Assembly: GCA_963746845.1 (NCBI GenBank)
Contig: CAVVCZ010000006.1
Span: 409,008 to 473,007 of the forward strand
DNA from: an uncultured Chloroflexia bacterium
GTDB lineage: Bacteria; Chloroflexota; Limnocylindria; Limnocylindrales; CSP1-4
Direction: 5' to 3'
DNA: 64,000 nt
This document shows positions 31,858 through 41,306 of this stretch, one piece after another (the first letter of the stretch is position 1; every line of letters starts with the position of its first letter). The position numbers and the translations under genes are program-made. The notes under the pieces are model-generated. The model did no database searches and was not told the DNA's origin. It was given only the letters and a program-made list of their open reading frames with translations.

Positions 31858-33156
31858 CTACGCGGCCGCGCCCTCCCCCATCCGCTCCGGCCGCACCCGG
31901 AGCGCCACGACCGCCGCCCCGATCAGGAACACCGCCGCCCCGGCAAAGAACGGCGCGCTCGTTCCGAAGGCCCCCGCGAGCGTCCCGCCGACCAACGGCC
32001 CGATGATGCCCGCGGCGTAGAGCGGGAGATAGACGAGGTTCAGCGTCTGGGACCGCCGCTCGATCGGCACCTCCGTCGCGAGCAGGCTGAAGACCATCGC
32101 CCCGACCAGAGCGTTCGCGGCCGTGAACACCATGATCGAGAACGCCAGCGGCGGGATCGCCTGCACCAGCGGCGTCGCGATCAGCGCGAACCCGCCGACG
32201 ACGAGCGCCGTCAGGAGCACCGGACGGAACCCGACCCGGTCGCTCACCCACCCGCCGATCGGGGAGAACGAGGCGCCGACCAGGCTCGCCAGGCCCACGA
32301 CGACTCCGATCGTGGCCGCCAGCCCGGGCCCGCTCCCGACGATGTCCTCCACGAGGAGGGGCTGGTACGGTCGGCTCATCTGGTTGGCGAGGAACGCCAC
32401 CCCGTAGATCGCGAAGATCCGCCGGACGACGGGGTCCCCGAGGACGCCCCGCACGGCGCCGTACGCCAGCCTCAGGACCGGACCGGTCGGGACGACGGCC
32501 GGACGGACCTCGGCGGCCCCGAACCACACGAGGAACGCCGTCCCGACCGACAACGCGGCGGAGACCCAGAACATCGCGGGCAGGCCGAAACCCAGCCCGT
32601 CCACGATGACCCCGCCGAGCAGCGGGCCGACGGCGAACCCGATCGGCCCGGCCACGCCGAACAGCGCGATCAGCGTCCCGACCCGCCGGCGCGGGACGAC
32701 ATCGCGGATCGCGCCGAGCATCACTCCGGTGTTCCCGAGCTGGAAGCCGATCAGGAGGAGGCTGAGCGCGAGCTGCCACGGCTCGCGTGAGAGCGCGACG
32801 CAGGCGAACACGAGCGCCTCGACGAGCGCGCTCCGGGCGATCACCGCCTTGCGCGAGTACTTGTCCGCCCAGACGCCCCACAGCGGCACGAGGGGCATGC
32901 CGACCACGAAGATCAGCGCCGAGAACAGCCCGACGAACGCGGCACGGTCCGCGTCCGGGACCCCCACGACCCGGAGATAGGCCGGAAGGTAGGCGAACAC
33001 CTGGCTCACCCCGAGGCCCTCGACGAGCGAGGTGATCCAGTACACGACGAAGACGCGTCGCCAGTCCGATCGACCTTCGTCGCCCACGATGAACGCGGGA
33101 TCGGCGAGTGGGCCGGCGGCCCCCGGGCTGATGGTCGCGAGGTCGGTCGGCGGCAT
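31858..33156 (-). CDS. MFS transporter
   Basis: 12-TM-type sequence (PLWGVWADKYSRK loop motif). Alternative upstream starts lie at 33201 and 33240. Confidence 0.85.
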   Translation of the reverse strand: MPPTDLATISPGAAGPLADPAFIVGDEGRSDWRRVFVVYWITSLVEGLGVSQVFAYLPAYLRVVGVPDADRAAFVGLFSALIFVVGMPLVPLWGVWADKYSRKAVIARSALVEALVFACVALSREPWQLALSLLLIGFQLGNTGVMLGAIRDVVPRRRVGTLIALFGVAGPIGFAVGPLLGGVIVDGLGFGLPAMFWVSAALSVGTAFLVWFGAAEVRPAVVPTGPVLRLAYGAVRGVLGDPVVRRIFAIYGVAFLANQMSRPYQPLLVEDIVGSGPGLAATIGVVVGLASLVGASFSPIGGWVSDRVGFRPVLLTALVVGGFALIATPLVQAIPPLAFSIMVFTAANALVGAMVFSLLATEVPIERRSQTLNLVYLPLYAAGIIGPLVGGTLAGAFGTSAPFFAGAAVFLIGAAVVALRVRPERMGEGAAA

Positions 33157-33238
33157 GGCGCTGAAGACTATCTGACCCGACCCACGTGAACCGGCGCCCA
33201 TCGACCGGACGTAGACTCGGCCAGGGAGGTGGTGAGGC

Positions 33239-34102
33239 ATGCTCGGTCGCTACGTGACCCGCGCCGTGGACGCGCAGAGTCGCTGGTCGAAGCCGTTCGG
33301 GGACTTCAACCACCGCTGGCTCGGCGCCCTCTTCCACGCGATGCGTCCGATCCAGCACTTCCTCAACGGGTCGTGGCTCGGCCACCCGGTCCATGCGGTC
33401 GTCACCGACGTCCCGGTCGGCGCCCTCACCGTCTCGATCGTCGCCGACTTCATCGGCCAGCCGCTGGTCGCCGACATCTCGATGCTGCTCGGCGTCCTGG
33501 CGATGGTCGCCGCGGCCGTGACGGGCCTCGCCGACTATGCCGAGGTCGACGGGAACCCGCGCTCCCGCGCGACGGTCCACGGGACGCTGATGGTCGTCTC
33601 CCTCGTGCTGTATGCCGCCTCGCTCGTCCTCCGGGCCGGGAGCCCGGCCGATCGGCTCGTCCCGATCCTCCTGGCGGTCATCGGCTACCTGTTCCTCGCC
33701 GTCGGCGCGTTCGTCGGCGGCGACCTCGTCTTCCTCGCCGGGACGCACGTCGACCGGCATGCCTGGCGTGGCGCCGGCGCGAAGTGGATCGCCCTCGAGC
33801 TCGGCGGCCTCCCGGACATCCCGCAGGGCGGCCCGACGAAGCTGCGCGCCGGCATCAACGACCTCGCGGTGATCCGGGACGGCGACGCGATCCTCGCCGT
33901 CCACGCCCAGTGCGCGCACGCCGGCGGCCCGCTCGCGGAGGGATCGGTCGAGAACGGCGTGATCGAGTGCCCGTGGCACGGCTCGCGGTTCCGGATGGCC
34001 AACGGCCATGTCGCCCGTGGCCCGTCGGTGTACGACCAGCCCGCGTACGACGTCCGTCGTTCCGAGACCGGCGGTTGGGAGGTCCGGCGCCAGACCGGTT
34101 GA
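33239..34102 (+). CDS. DUF2231-like membrane domain fused to a Rieske [2Fe-2S] domain
   Basis: N-terminal four hydrophobic segments (NGSWLGHPVHAVVTDVPVG...). C-terminal Rieske ligands CAHAGGPL...CPWHGSRF. GGAGGTGG lies upstream. Confidence 0.85.
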   Translation: MLGRYVTRAVDAQSRWSKPFGDFNHRWLGALFHAMRPIQHFLNGSWLGHPVHAVVTDVPVGALTVSIVADFIGQPLVADISMLLGVLAMVAAAVTGLADYAEVDGNPRSRATVHGTLMVVSLVLYAASLVLRAGSPADRLVPILLAVIGYLFLAVGAFVGGDLVFLAGTHVDRHAWRGAGAKWIALELGGLPDIPQGGPTKLRAGINDLAVIRDGDAILAVHAQCAHAGGPLAEGSVENGVIECPWHGSRFRMANGHVARGPSVYDQPAYDVRRSETGGWEVRRQTG

Positions 34103-34264
34103 GGCAGGACCGGCTGACGCCGATCCGGGGCAGACCCGGCGATTTCGCCGCGTGTTTGCAACGCGGATCGGTGCATCCCGGCACCGACGACAACCCGGGT
34201 ATTGACGTACGATCGGGCCGGGCGCGATCCGAAGAATCCGAGCGCGCGATGTGGGGGAATCACG

Positions 34265-34798
34265 ATGAGTCACCTGTCCACCTCGGTCTCGGTGGATGCG
34301 CCACCGCATGTGGTCTACGACCTGATCGCGGACCCCGTGCGGGCGGCGGAATGGCAGACCCTTCTGGCGGAGATGGGGCCGATCTCCGGTCGGGCGGGGG
34401 GCATCGGCTCCAGCTACATCGGCTACTACCGGGTCGCCGGACGGAAGCTCCCCGCCCGGTTCGTGGTGACCGCCGCGGAGCGACCGAGCCTCCTCCAGGT
34501 CAACGGCACGACGACCGGCGGCTGGACCCGCTGGACGACGATGATCGAACCGTCCGGCGGCGGCTCGACGATCCGCGTCTCGATGGAGTACGAGCTGCCG
34601 GGCGAGATCGTCGGCTCCCTGTTCGGGATGCTCACCGGCAACCGGATCGAACGCGAGTTCCGGCGGTCGTACGACCAGCTGAAGCGGATCGTCGAGGGCG
34701 ACGGCCTGGGCCCGGAGCCGCGCGCGCTCCGTCCGGTCGACGACCCGGCCGCCGACCGGACCGCCGACGAAGGGCGGGCGGAGGCGGCCGTCAGCTGA
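34265..34798 (+). CDS. SRPBCC (polyketide cyclase/dehydrase-like) family protein
   Basis: MSHLSTSVSVDAPPHVVYDLIADPVRAAEW... is a typical SRPBCC N-terminus. Confidence 0.8.
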   Translation: MSHLSTSVSVDAPPHVVYDLIADPVRAAEWQTLLAEMGPISGRAGGIGSSYIGYYRVAGRKLPARFVVTAAERPSLLQVNGTTTGGWTRWTTMIEPSGGGSTIRVSMEYELPGEIVGSLFGMLTGNRIEREFRRSYDQLKRIVEGDGLGPEPRALRPVDDPAADRTADEGRAEAAVS

Positions 34799-34827
34799 GC
34801 CGCCCGCTCGACATCCCGGTTCCGGGC

Positions 34828-35376
34828 GTGGTCGTCCTCGTCGGCGCGGCCGGCGCGGGCAAGACGACGTTCGCCGCCCGGCGCTTCGACCCGGACGAGG
34901 TGCTCTCGTCGGACGACCTTCGCGCGGCCGTCAGCGGTGATGCGACCGACCAATCCGCGACCCGGACCGCGTTCTCGATCCTCCACCGGGAGCTGACCCG
35001 CCGGGTCGTCGCCGGGCGGCTCGTCGTCGTCGACGCCACGAGCCTCACCCCGGCGTCGCGCGCCGCGGTCCTGCACCGAGCGGCGATCGCCGGCGCCCGC
35101 GCCGTGGCGATCGTCCTCGTCCCGACCGCAGCCGAGGTCCATGCACGGAACCGGCGCCGTCCGGAGCGGACCGTCCCCGCGGACGTCATCGACCGCCAGA
35201 TCGCGGCCGCGGCGTCGCTCGGTGCCGATCCGGCGGCGATCGAGACGCGGCTGCGGTCCGAGGGGTTCGCCGCCGTCCGCGTCGTCTGGGGCGACGATCC
35301 CGGCGCGGCCGACGATCTCGAGATCCGGCGGGTCGCCCGACCGGCGCGGGGGCAGCGTCCGGCGAACCGGCCCTAG
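34828..35376 (+). CDS. stand-alone P-loop polynucleotide-kinase-like (AAA_33 / Pnkp kinase-module-like) protein
   Basis: VVLVGAAGAGKTT...SSDDLRAAVSGDATDQSATRTAFSILHREL...VVVDATSL...VAIVLVP...RNRRRPERTVPADVIDRQ matches the Pnkp kinase-domain pattern as I recall it. The start (GTG 34828 or CTG 34795) is uncertain. Confidence 0.75.
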   Translation: MVVLVGAAGAGKTTFAARRFDPDEVLSSDDLRAAVSGDATDQSATRTAFSILHRELTRRVVAGRLVVVDATSLTPASRAAVLHRAAIAGARAVAIVLVPTAAEVHARNRRRPERTVPADVIDRQIAAAASLGADPAAIETRLRSEGFAAVRVVWGDDPGAADDLEIRRVARPARGQRPANRP

Positions 35377-36293
35377 CTCGCGGGCACGGCCGACCCGCCC
35401 GCGATCAGCACGACCGCGATGCCGGCCATGACGATCCCGACGAGGTGGCTCCGGGAGACCCGCTCGTGGAGCAGGGCGACCGCCAGCACGACCGTCGTCA
35501 CCGGATAGAGCGAGCTCAGGGCCGCCGCGACGTCCAGCCGCCCCGCCTGGGTCGCGAGGACGTACAGGCCGTTGCCCGCGAGGTCGAGGAAGCCGACGGC
35601 GAGGACCGCCGGGAGCACCGATCGCGGGACCCGCCACGGACGGCGGCCCAGGACGACGATCAGGGAGATCGCGACGAGCGCCGCGACCTTGATCGCGACG
35701 AGCGGCCACACGACGAGGTGCTCCGGGAACGCACCGACCGCGACGTTGAACAGCCCGAGCCCGAACCCGGCCAGCAGCGCGTACTCGATGCCGGACGGGC
35801 GGCCGCTCGGATCGTTGGAGCGGGACACCAGGATCACGGCGACGAGCGCGGCGACGATCCCGACGACCACCTCGGGCGGCGGCAGTCCCTGCCGGACGAA
35901 CCCCACCGCGACCGGGATGCTCGCCGCGATCAACCCGGTGACGGGCGCGACCACTCCCATCCGACCGACCGCGAGGCCCTGGTACAGCCCGAGGATTCCG
36001 GCGACGCTCAGCGTTCCGGCGACCAGCGCGAGGGCCAGGGTCGTCGTACCCGGGAACCGCTCACCGGTCAGGATCGCCAGGGCGACCATGACGAGGACCC
36101 CGAGCCCGTCGACCCCGATCGCGATGCCCAGGACGGGCGCGCGGCGTCCGGTCCAGCCTCCCCCGAAGTCGCCGGCTCCCCAGGCGATCGCCGAGCCGAG
36201 ACCGAAGGCGACGACGGCAAGCCCGGTGCCGGCCGGATCAGCCAGGAACGGCTCCGGCAGGTGCGGTCGCCGACTCGGCCGCGGGCGCGTCAT
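35373..36293 (-). CDS. EamA/DMT-family transporter
   Basis: 306-aa ORF, 10-TM type, two EamA repeats. Confidence 0.85.
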   Translation of the reverse strand: MTRPRPSRRPHLPEPFLADPAGTGLAVVAFGLGSAIAWGAGDFGGGWTGRRAPVLGIAIGVDGLGVLVMVALAILTGERFPGTTTLALALVAGTLSVAGILGLYQGLAVGRMGVVAPVTGLIAASIPVAVGFVRQGLPPPEVVVGIVAALVAVILVSRSNDPSGRPSGIEYALLAGFGLGLFNVAVGAFPEHLVVWPLVAIKVAALVAISLIVVLGRRPWRVPRSVLPAVLAVGFLDLAGNGLYVLATQAGRLDVAAALSSLYPVTTVVLAVALLHERVSRSHLVGIVMAGIAVVLIAGGSAVPAS

Positions 36294-38445
36294 CGTCCGT
36301 CTCGGTCGGACCCTGCAACGAGAGGACCGCGTCGGCGGCGTCGTGGTACCGGTCCGACGTCGTCAGGTAGATGACCTGGAAGTCGCGGGCCATCTCGCGG
36401 AGCAGCTCGAGGGCGCGGCCGGCCCGCTCCTCGTCGAGGGTCATGAACGGGTCGTCGAAGATCAGTGGCGGCCGCCGATCGCCCGTGACGAGCCGGACGA
36501 GCCCGAGGCGGGCGGACAGGTAGACGAGGTCGAGGGTGCCCTGGCTCAGCGAGCGCACGTCGACCCAGTCGCCCCGCTCGGGGGCGTGGAGGCGGATGTC
36601 GAGGGTCCGATCGTCGACCGAGACGCGTCGATAGCGGCCGCCGGTGATCCGCTCGACGTCGCCGACCATCCGTCGCTCGAGGAACCGGGTCGCGGTCTTC
36701 ATCGTGGCCTGCTCCGCCACCTCGATCTCGCGGAGCGTCCGTTCGTAGATCCGGCTCCGACGCTGGAGCGCCACGAGCTGTTCGCGCCAGGCCGCGAGTC
36801 GCTCGGCGGCCCCGGCGACCTGCTCCGAGTCGACGCTGTTCGCATCGACGCGGGCGCGGGCGTTCGCCTCGTCGTCCCGGGCGCGCTCGAGGGCGATCTC
36901 GAGGTCGTGCGTCTCGACCTCCAGCCGCTCCCGCGCCCGGGGCTCCTTGGCGATCGGGCCGAGCGCCTCGACGGCGTGTGTCTTCTGCTCGATGTCCAGC
37001 GCCGCCGCGTCCCGCAGCTTCGGCAGGGTCTCGATCGGCTCCTTGCCGACCAGCCCGTCCAGCTGGGCGGTCAGACGGTCGATCCGGCTGGCGTGGTCGC
37101 GCTCCGCCTCGAGGAGGGCCTCCGCCGAGGCGAGGTCCGGCAGCCCGAGCCCCATGAGCTGCTGCTCGGTATCCAGCTCGGCCTGGCGGAGGTCCGCCTC
37201 CATCTCGGACCGGCCCCGGAGCCGCCGGTCGATCTCGACGTCGCGCATCTCCTGCTGGACGCGGTCGCTCCGCCGGATCCACCAGGCGATGAGCGCGACG
37301 ATCAGGCCGATCGCCGCGATGATCCCGCCGATGATCGTCGGGATCTGGCCGACGTCGACGACCCCGGCCGTGTCGAGCGCGAACGTGACGCCGGCCACGA
37401 GCAGCCCGACGACCAGCAGCACCACGCCGGTCCGCGAGAGCGGGCGCCACGACGGCGGCGGCGGGACCTCGAAGGTCACGTTCACCTCGCCGGACAGGGC
37501 GCCGGTCAGGTCCTTGATCTTCGCGTCGAGGATCCGTAGCCGGTTGACGATCTGCTCGAGCACCGGCAACGGGTTGGCGGACGGGTGGCTGTTGCGGAGC
37601 CCACCGAGCTCCTGGGACACGGCCACCGCCTGGCGATAGCGGTCGAACCGCTCCTGGGCGCCGGCGCGCTCGACGGTCAGCCGCTCCGCCTGACGCGCCT
37701 TCTCGAGGAGCGCCCGCCGCTCGACGAGGGACTTCTCCGTCTCCGTTCGGCGCTCGCGGGCGCTCGACAGCATGTCGCGATCGCGATCCAGCTGGGCCAG
37801 GGCCAGCTCGCCCTGCTCGACGGCCGCCTGGGACTGCTCGACCGCCTCCTCGGCGACCTTGAGACGCCCGGGGTTCTTGTCGCCCTTCGTGTTCAGGGCA
37901 TAGATCGCCTTCTCGAGCGTCCGGCGCGCCCTCGACGTGCCCCGGTCGCCGCCGCTGATCGACGCCTGCAGCCGGTCACGCAGGGCGGCCTCATCCCGAT
38001 CGAGATCGGCCAGCTCCTGGTGACGGATGCTCGCGGTCGAGCGGAAGAACGCCTCGCTCGGGATGCCCGTCAGCTCCGCGAGCGCCTGGTCGGCCAGCGT
38101 CGGGTCGGTGATCGTCTCGCCATCGATCGAGAGGCTGACGGTGCCACGCGCGCCCCGGAACGCCTTCTCGAGCGTGCCGCTCCGGACGCCCCGGTCGTCG
38201 TCGTCGACCTCGAAGTCGACCGTGATCACCGGACGCGCGTCCTCACCGGCGTCCCATGGGCGGAGCGCGTCCATGTCCGCACCGCCGCTCGTCACCTTCC
38301 GGGTGAGAGCCAGCTCGATCGCCCGCTGGATCGTCGTCTTGCCCGCCTCGTTCGGGCCATGGATGATCGTCAGGCCGGGCGACAGCGGGATCTCCAGCTC
38401 GCGGTACCGGCGGAAGTCCCGCAGGACCAGCCGGGTGATCCTCAC
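36238..38445 (-). CDS. SbcC/Rad50-like AAA ATPase with central transmembrane hairpin (YhaN-like)
   Basis: N-terminal Walker A GPNEAGKTT, long coiled-coil-like Glu/Arg/Leu-rich arms, C-terminal LSQGTLDLVYL signature and LIFDDPFMTLD Walker B. Two hydrophobic helices lie mid-protein (VVLLVVGLLVAGVTFAL, IIGGIIAAIGLIVALIAWWI). GTGA overlap with the upstream nuclease gene. Confidence 0.88.
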   Translation of the reverse strand: MRITRLVLRDFRRYRELEIPLSPGLTIIHGPNEAGKTTIQRAIELALTRKVTSGGADMDALRPWDAGEDARPVITVDFEVDDDDRGVRSGTLEKAFRGARGTVSLSIDGETITDPTLADQALAELTGIPSEAFFRSTASIRHQELADLDRDEAALRDRLQASISGGDRGTSRARRTLEKAIYALNTKGDKNPGRLKVAEEAVEQSQAAVEQGELALAQLDRDRDMLSSARERRTETEKSLVERRALLEKARQAERLTVERAGAQERFDRYRQAVAVSQELGGLRNSHPSANPLPVLEQIVNRLRILDAKIKDLTGALSGEVNVTFEVPPPPSWRPLSRTGVVLLVVGLLVAGVTFALDTAGVVDVGQIPTIIGGIIAAIGLIVALIAWWIRRSDRVQQEMRDVEIDRRLRGRSEMEADLRQAELDTEQQLMGLGLPDLASAEALLEAERDHASRIDRLTAQLDGLVGKEPIETLPKLRDAAALDIEQKTHAVEALGPIAKEPRARERLEVETHDLEIALERARDDEANARARVDANSVDSEQVAGAAERLAAWREQLVALQRRSRIYERTLREIEVAEQATMKTATRFLERRMVGDVERITGGRYRRVSVDDRTLDIRLHAPERGDWVDVRSLSQGTLDLVYLSARLGLVRLVTGDRRPPLIFDDPFMTLDEERAGRALELLREMARDFQVIYLTTSDRYHDAADAVLSLQGPTETDDDAPAAESATAPAGAVPG

Positions 38446-39623
38446 AGCGTGACCTCGTGACCGGCGAGAAGGAGCCGGCCGAGACGGAGGACGTCACGTA
38501 GCTCGGCCGCCTCGTCCGCGGTCGACGGCGAGCCGCCCGCCTCGAGCGTGGCGATCCGCGCCTCGACGTTCCGGATGAACGCGCCGGGGATCGTGTCCGG
38601 CGACGGCAGGACGCCGTTCGTCAGCGCGGGCAGCGATGTGTCCCGGACCCGCACCTTGAGGAAGCTGCTCTTCAGCCGGTCCTCGACCTCCTCGATGTGG
38701 ATGTCGAGCTCGTCGGGACGGACGCCGGTGATCCGGGCATCGAGGACCAGGTCCGGGTCGGCGAGCGCGGACAGCCGGGCGAGCAACGCCGGCTGGTCGC
38801 CGATCGCGGCGGCGTCGACGTCCAGCTTGTCGAAGTGCGTCCGCGACACGGACCGCGGGTCGAGATTCACCGTCCGCGCCCCGCCCACCACCTCCAACGA
38901 CACGATGACCGCCTTGCCGGCGCCGTCCTGCGTGACGGCCACCGGCTCCGGGGCGCCCGAGTAGGCGTAGGTCGTCGGCCCGGCGGTGCCCTGCTGGAAC
39001 GAGTGCCAGTGCCCGAGGGCGAGGTAGTCGAGGTCGCTGGCCTCGACCTCCTCCTTGGTGAAGACCACCTCGTCGCGGTCGGTCTTGTCCGGGATCGACA
39101 ACGAGCCGTGGATCATCCCGACCTGCCAGGTCGCCGGGGACGGCCCGTCGCGGTGGACGTGGACGTCGAGCATCGGGCTGTGCGGGCCGCGCTTGGTGGC
39201 GAAGACCGGTCCGTGGACGACCACGTCGGAGGTCGGGAGGTGGATGCTCGGCAGGCTCGGGGTCAGGACGGTCACGAGATCATCGTCCGGCGTCGAGCCG
39301 GCCAGCGCCGGGATGTCGTGGATCCGGTACAGGGACGACCGGTCGTAGACGTCGTGGGTCCCCGGGATGATGACAGTGCGGATCTTCGCGACGACGAGCC
39401 GATGGAGCTCCGCCGCGACGCGATCCACGGATCGGCGCGGCTGCGTGTTCGAGTCGAACAGGTCGCCCGCGATCAGGACGACATCGACCTTCTCCGCGAT
39501 CGCCAGGTCGACCGTCGCGCGAAAGGCGGCGAACTGCCGCTCACGCTGCGCGGCCGCCTGCTCGCCCATGTCGGCGTGGCGTGCGCCGAGATGGACGTCG
39601 GCGGTGTGGAGTAGTCGGAGCAT
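38442..39623 (-). CDS. SbcD/Mre11-like metallophosphoesterase (YhaO-like)
   Basis: MLRLLHTADVHLG, IAGDLFD, GTHD, GHWH calcineurin-like motifs. Confidence 0.88.
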   Translation of the reverse strand: MLRLLHTADVHLGARHADMGEQAAAQRERQFAAFRATVDLAIAEKVDVVLIAGDLFDSNTQPRRSVDRVAAELHRLVVAKIRTVIIPGTHDVYDRSSLYRIHDIPALAGSTPDDDLVTVLTPSLPSIHLPTSDVVVHGPVFATKRGPHSPMLDVHVHRDGPSPATWQVGMIHGSLSIPDKTDRDEVVFTKEEVEASDLDYLALGHWHSFQQGTAGPTTYAYSGAPEPVAVTQDGAGKAVIVSLEVVGGARTVNLDPRSVSRTHFDKLDVDAAAIGDQPALLARLSALADPDLVLDARITGVRPDELDIHIEEVEDRLKSSFLKVRVRDTSLPALTNGVLPSPDTIPGAFIRNVEARIATLEAGGSPSTADEAAELRDVLRLGRLLLAGHEVTL

Positions 39624-40074
39624 CCGGTCGGGCTGGCCTCCTGTCCCGTCACAGGCTGCGACGAGGCGGGGTGACTCACCGCCGCCGAAGGCTGGGAACT
39701 CCGGCGAGCTGGTGCGAGCGAGGCGCCCCCTGGCCCTCGCTCGCCTCCCCGACTCTCGCGCGCCATTGTGACAGGTTGCCTGTCGCCGAGGCGGGGTCGG
39801 CGGCAGCCGGCCGGCCCCGCGGAGTGGCGAGCCCGGGTGGCGCGAACCGGGGTGTCCGCCCTCGTGAACCGGCCCGTGCAACGCTCGAATCCCGCGCTCG
39901 GTGTATGGTCCTGCGGTCATCAACCCGTGCGCCCGACACAGGGACTCCATAACGGCACCTGGATAGCGCGGCGCCGGCCTTCCGACCCGACGCACCCGCA
40001 CCGTCCCCGTCTTCCGTTGTGGCTGCCCTCGTCAAGGCCCGCGGAGAGACGCAGCGCCAGGAGAGGAAGGTTTC

Positions 40075-40413
40075 GTGACCTACGCGGATCGAACGTTGAC
40101 CTGCGTGGACTGCGGCGTGGAGTTCATCCACTCGGCGGCCGACCAGGAGTACTACGCACAGAAGGGGTTCGCGTCGGACCCCAAGCGGTGCACGAGCTGC
40201 CGCGCCAGCCGCCGGGCCAGTCGGGAGGCCGGCTACGACGTTCGGGACATCGGTGGACCCCGCGGTTACGAACGAAGCGACGATCGGATCGCCCGCGAGT
40301 ACTTCGCGGTGATCTGCTCGTCCTGCGGCAACCAGGCACAGGTGCCGTTCAAGCCACGGATGGACCGGCCCGTCTACTGCTCCGATTGCTTCCGCCAGGT
40401 GAAGCCCGACTGA
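40075..40413 (+). CDS. zinc-ribbon domain protein (two CxxC...CxxC modules)
   Basis: GTG start after GAGAGGAAGG. CVDCG...CTSC and CSSCG...CSDC pairs. Confidence 0.8.
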   Translation: MTYADRTLTCVDCGVEFIHSAADQEYYAQKGFASDPKRCTSCRASRRASREAGYDVRDIGGPRGYERSDDRIAREYFAVICSSCGNQAQVPFKPRMDRPVYCSDCFRQVKPD

Positions 40414-40483
40414 CGCCTCACCTGGTCGACCCGCGGTCGAGCGTGGTGGCCCAGACCCACGCTCCCGCAGCCCAGCTGCCCGA

Positions 40484-40514
40484 CGAACGCCCCGGGACGC
40501 CACCGGGGCGTTCG
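40484..40514. terminator. bidirectional stem-loop between convergent genes
   Basis: Perfect 12-bp inverted repeat cgaacgccccgg/ccggggcgttcg with a 7-nt loop. No U-tract. Confidence 0.5.
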
Positions 40515-40551
40515 CATGTCCGGCGCGGCGACCCGGCCCCGCCGACGCGTC

Positions 40552-41277
40552 CTACAGGCGGAAGACCTCGCCGCGCCGGAACCGCTCGCGATGGCGCCCG
40601 TGCCAGACCGTGACGCGGCCCGCGCCCTGGACCTGCCACGAGCCGTCCCGGCCGATCGCGGCCGTCTCCTCGTCGACGCCGAGCGTCGTGACGTGGCGCG
40701 GCGCCTGCAGGACGAACGCCGCCGACAGGGCCTCGGGCCATGCGTCGTAGTGCGGGACGACGGTGACCGCCGGCACGAGATCGAGGCCGTCGCGCCAGCG
40801 GAGCGGCCAGAGCAGGCGCCGGGTCCGGAAGTCGAAGTGGCGGGCCGCGAGGATCATCGCGCCGGCCGAGCAGCCGATGAGCGCGGCGCCACGCTCGTGG
40901 GCAGCGACGATCGCGGCTCCGACGCGGGTCCCGATGAGGGTGTCGGCCAGGTGGCCGGGCTTGCCGCCCGAGAGATAGACGAGATCGGCCTCGCCGATCG
41001 CCTGGACATGCGCGTCGTCGTCGGCGTCGAGGCGATCGCGGACGAGGACCGGCTCGACCTCGGCGCCGAGGGCCGCGAAGTGCTCGCCGCCCATCTCCGC
41101 CCAGTGCCGGAAGACCTCCTCGCCGTCCGGCCACGACGCCGTCGGCAGGATGACGACGCGCGGCCGGGCCCGTCCGCTGGCGGCCAGCAGGCCGGTGTCG
41201 ATCTCGTCCATCGCGGGCAGGAACTCACCGGACCCGACGAGTGCGATCGGACCCGGTCCCGGCATGCACGGGAGCAT
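40552..41277 (-). CDS. peptidase S51 family (cyanophycinase/dipeptidase E-like)
   Basis: IALVGSGEF...YLSGGKPGHL...LIGCSAGAMIL (Ser nucleophile context). Confidence 0.8.
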   Translation of the reverse strand: MLPCMPGPGPIALVGSGEFLPAMDEIDTGLLAASGRARPRVVILPTASWPDGEEVFRHWAEMGGEHFAALGAEVEPVLVRDRLDADDDAHVQAIGEADLVYLSGGKPGHLADTLIGTRVGAAIVAAHERGAALIGCSAGAMILAARHFDFRTRRLLWPLRWRDGLDLVPAVTVVPHYDAWPEALSAAFVLQAPRHVTTLGVDEETAAIGRDGSWQVQGAGRVTVWHGRHRERFRRGEVFRL

Positions 41278-41306
41278 ATCGGCGCCTGTGCAACACTGCC
41301 GAACAC

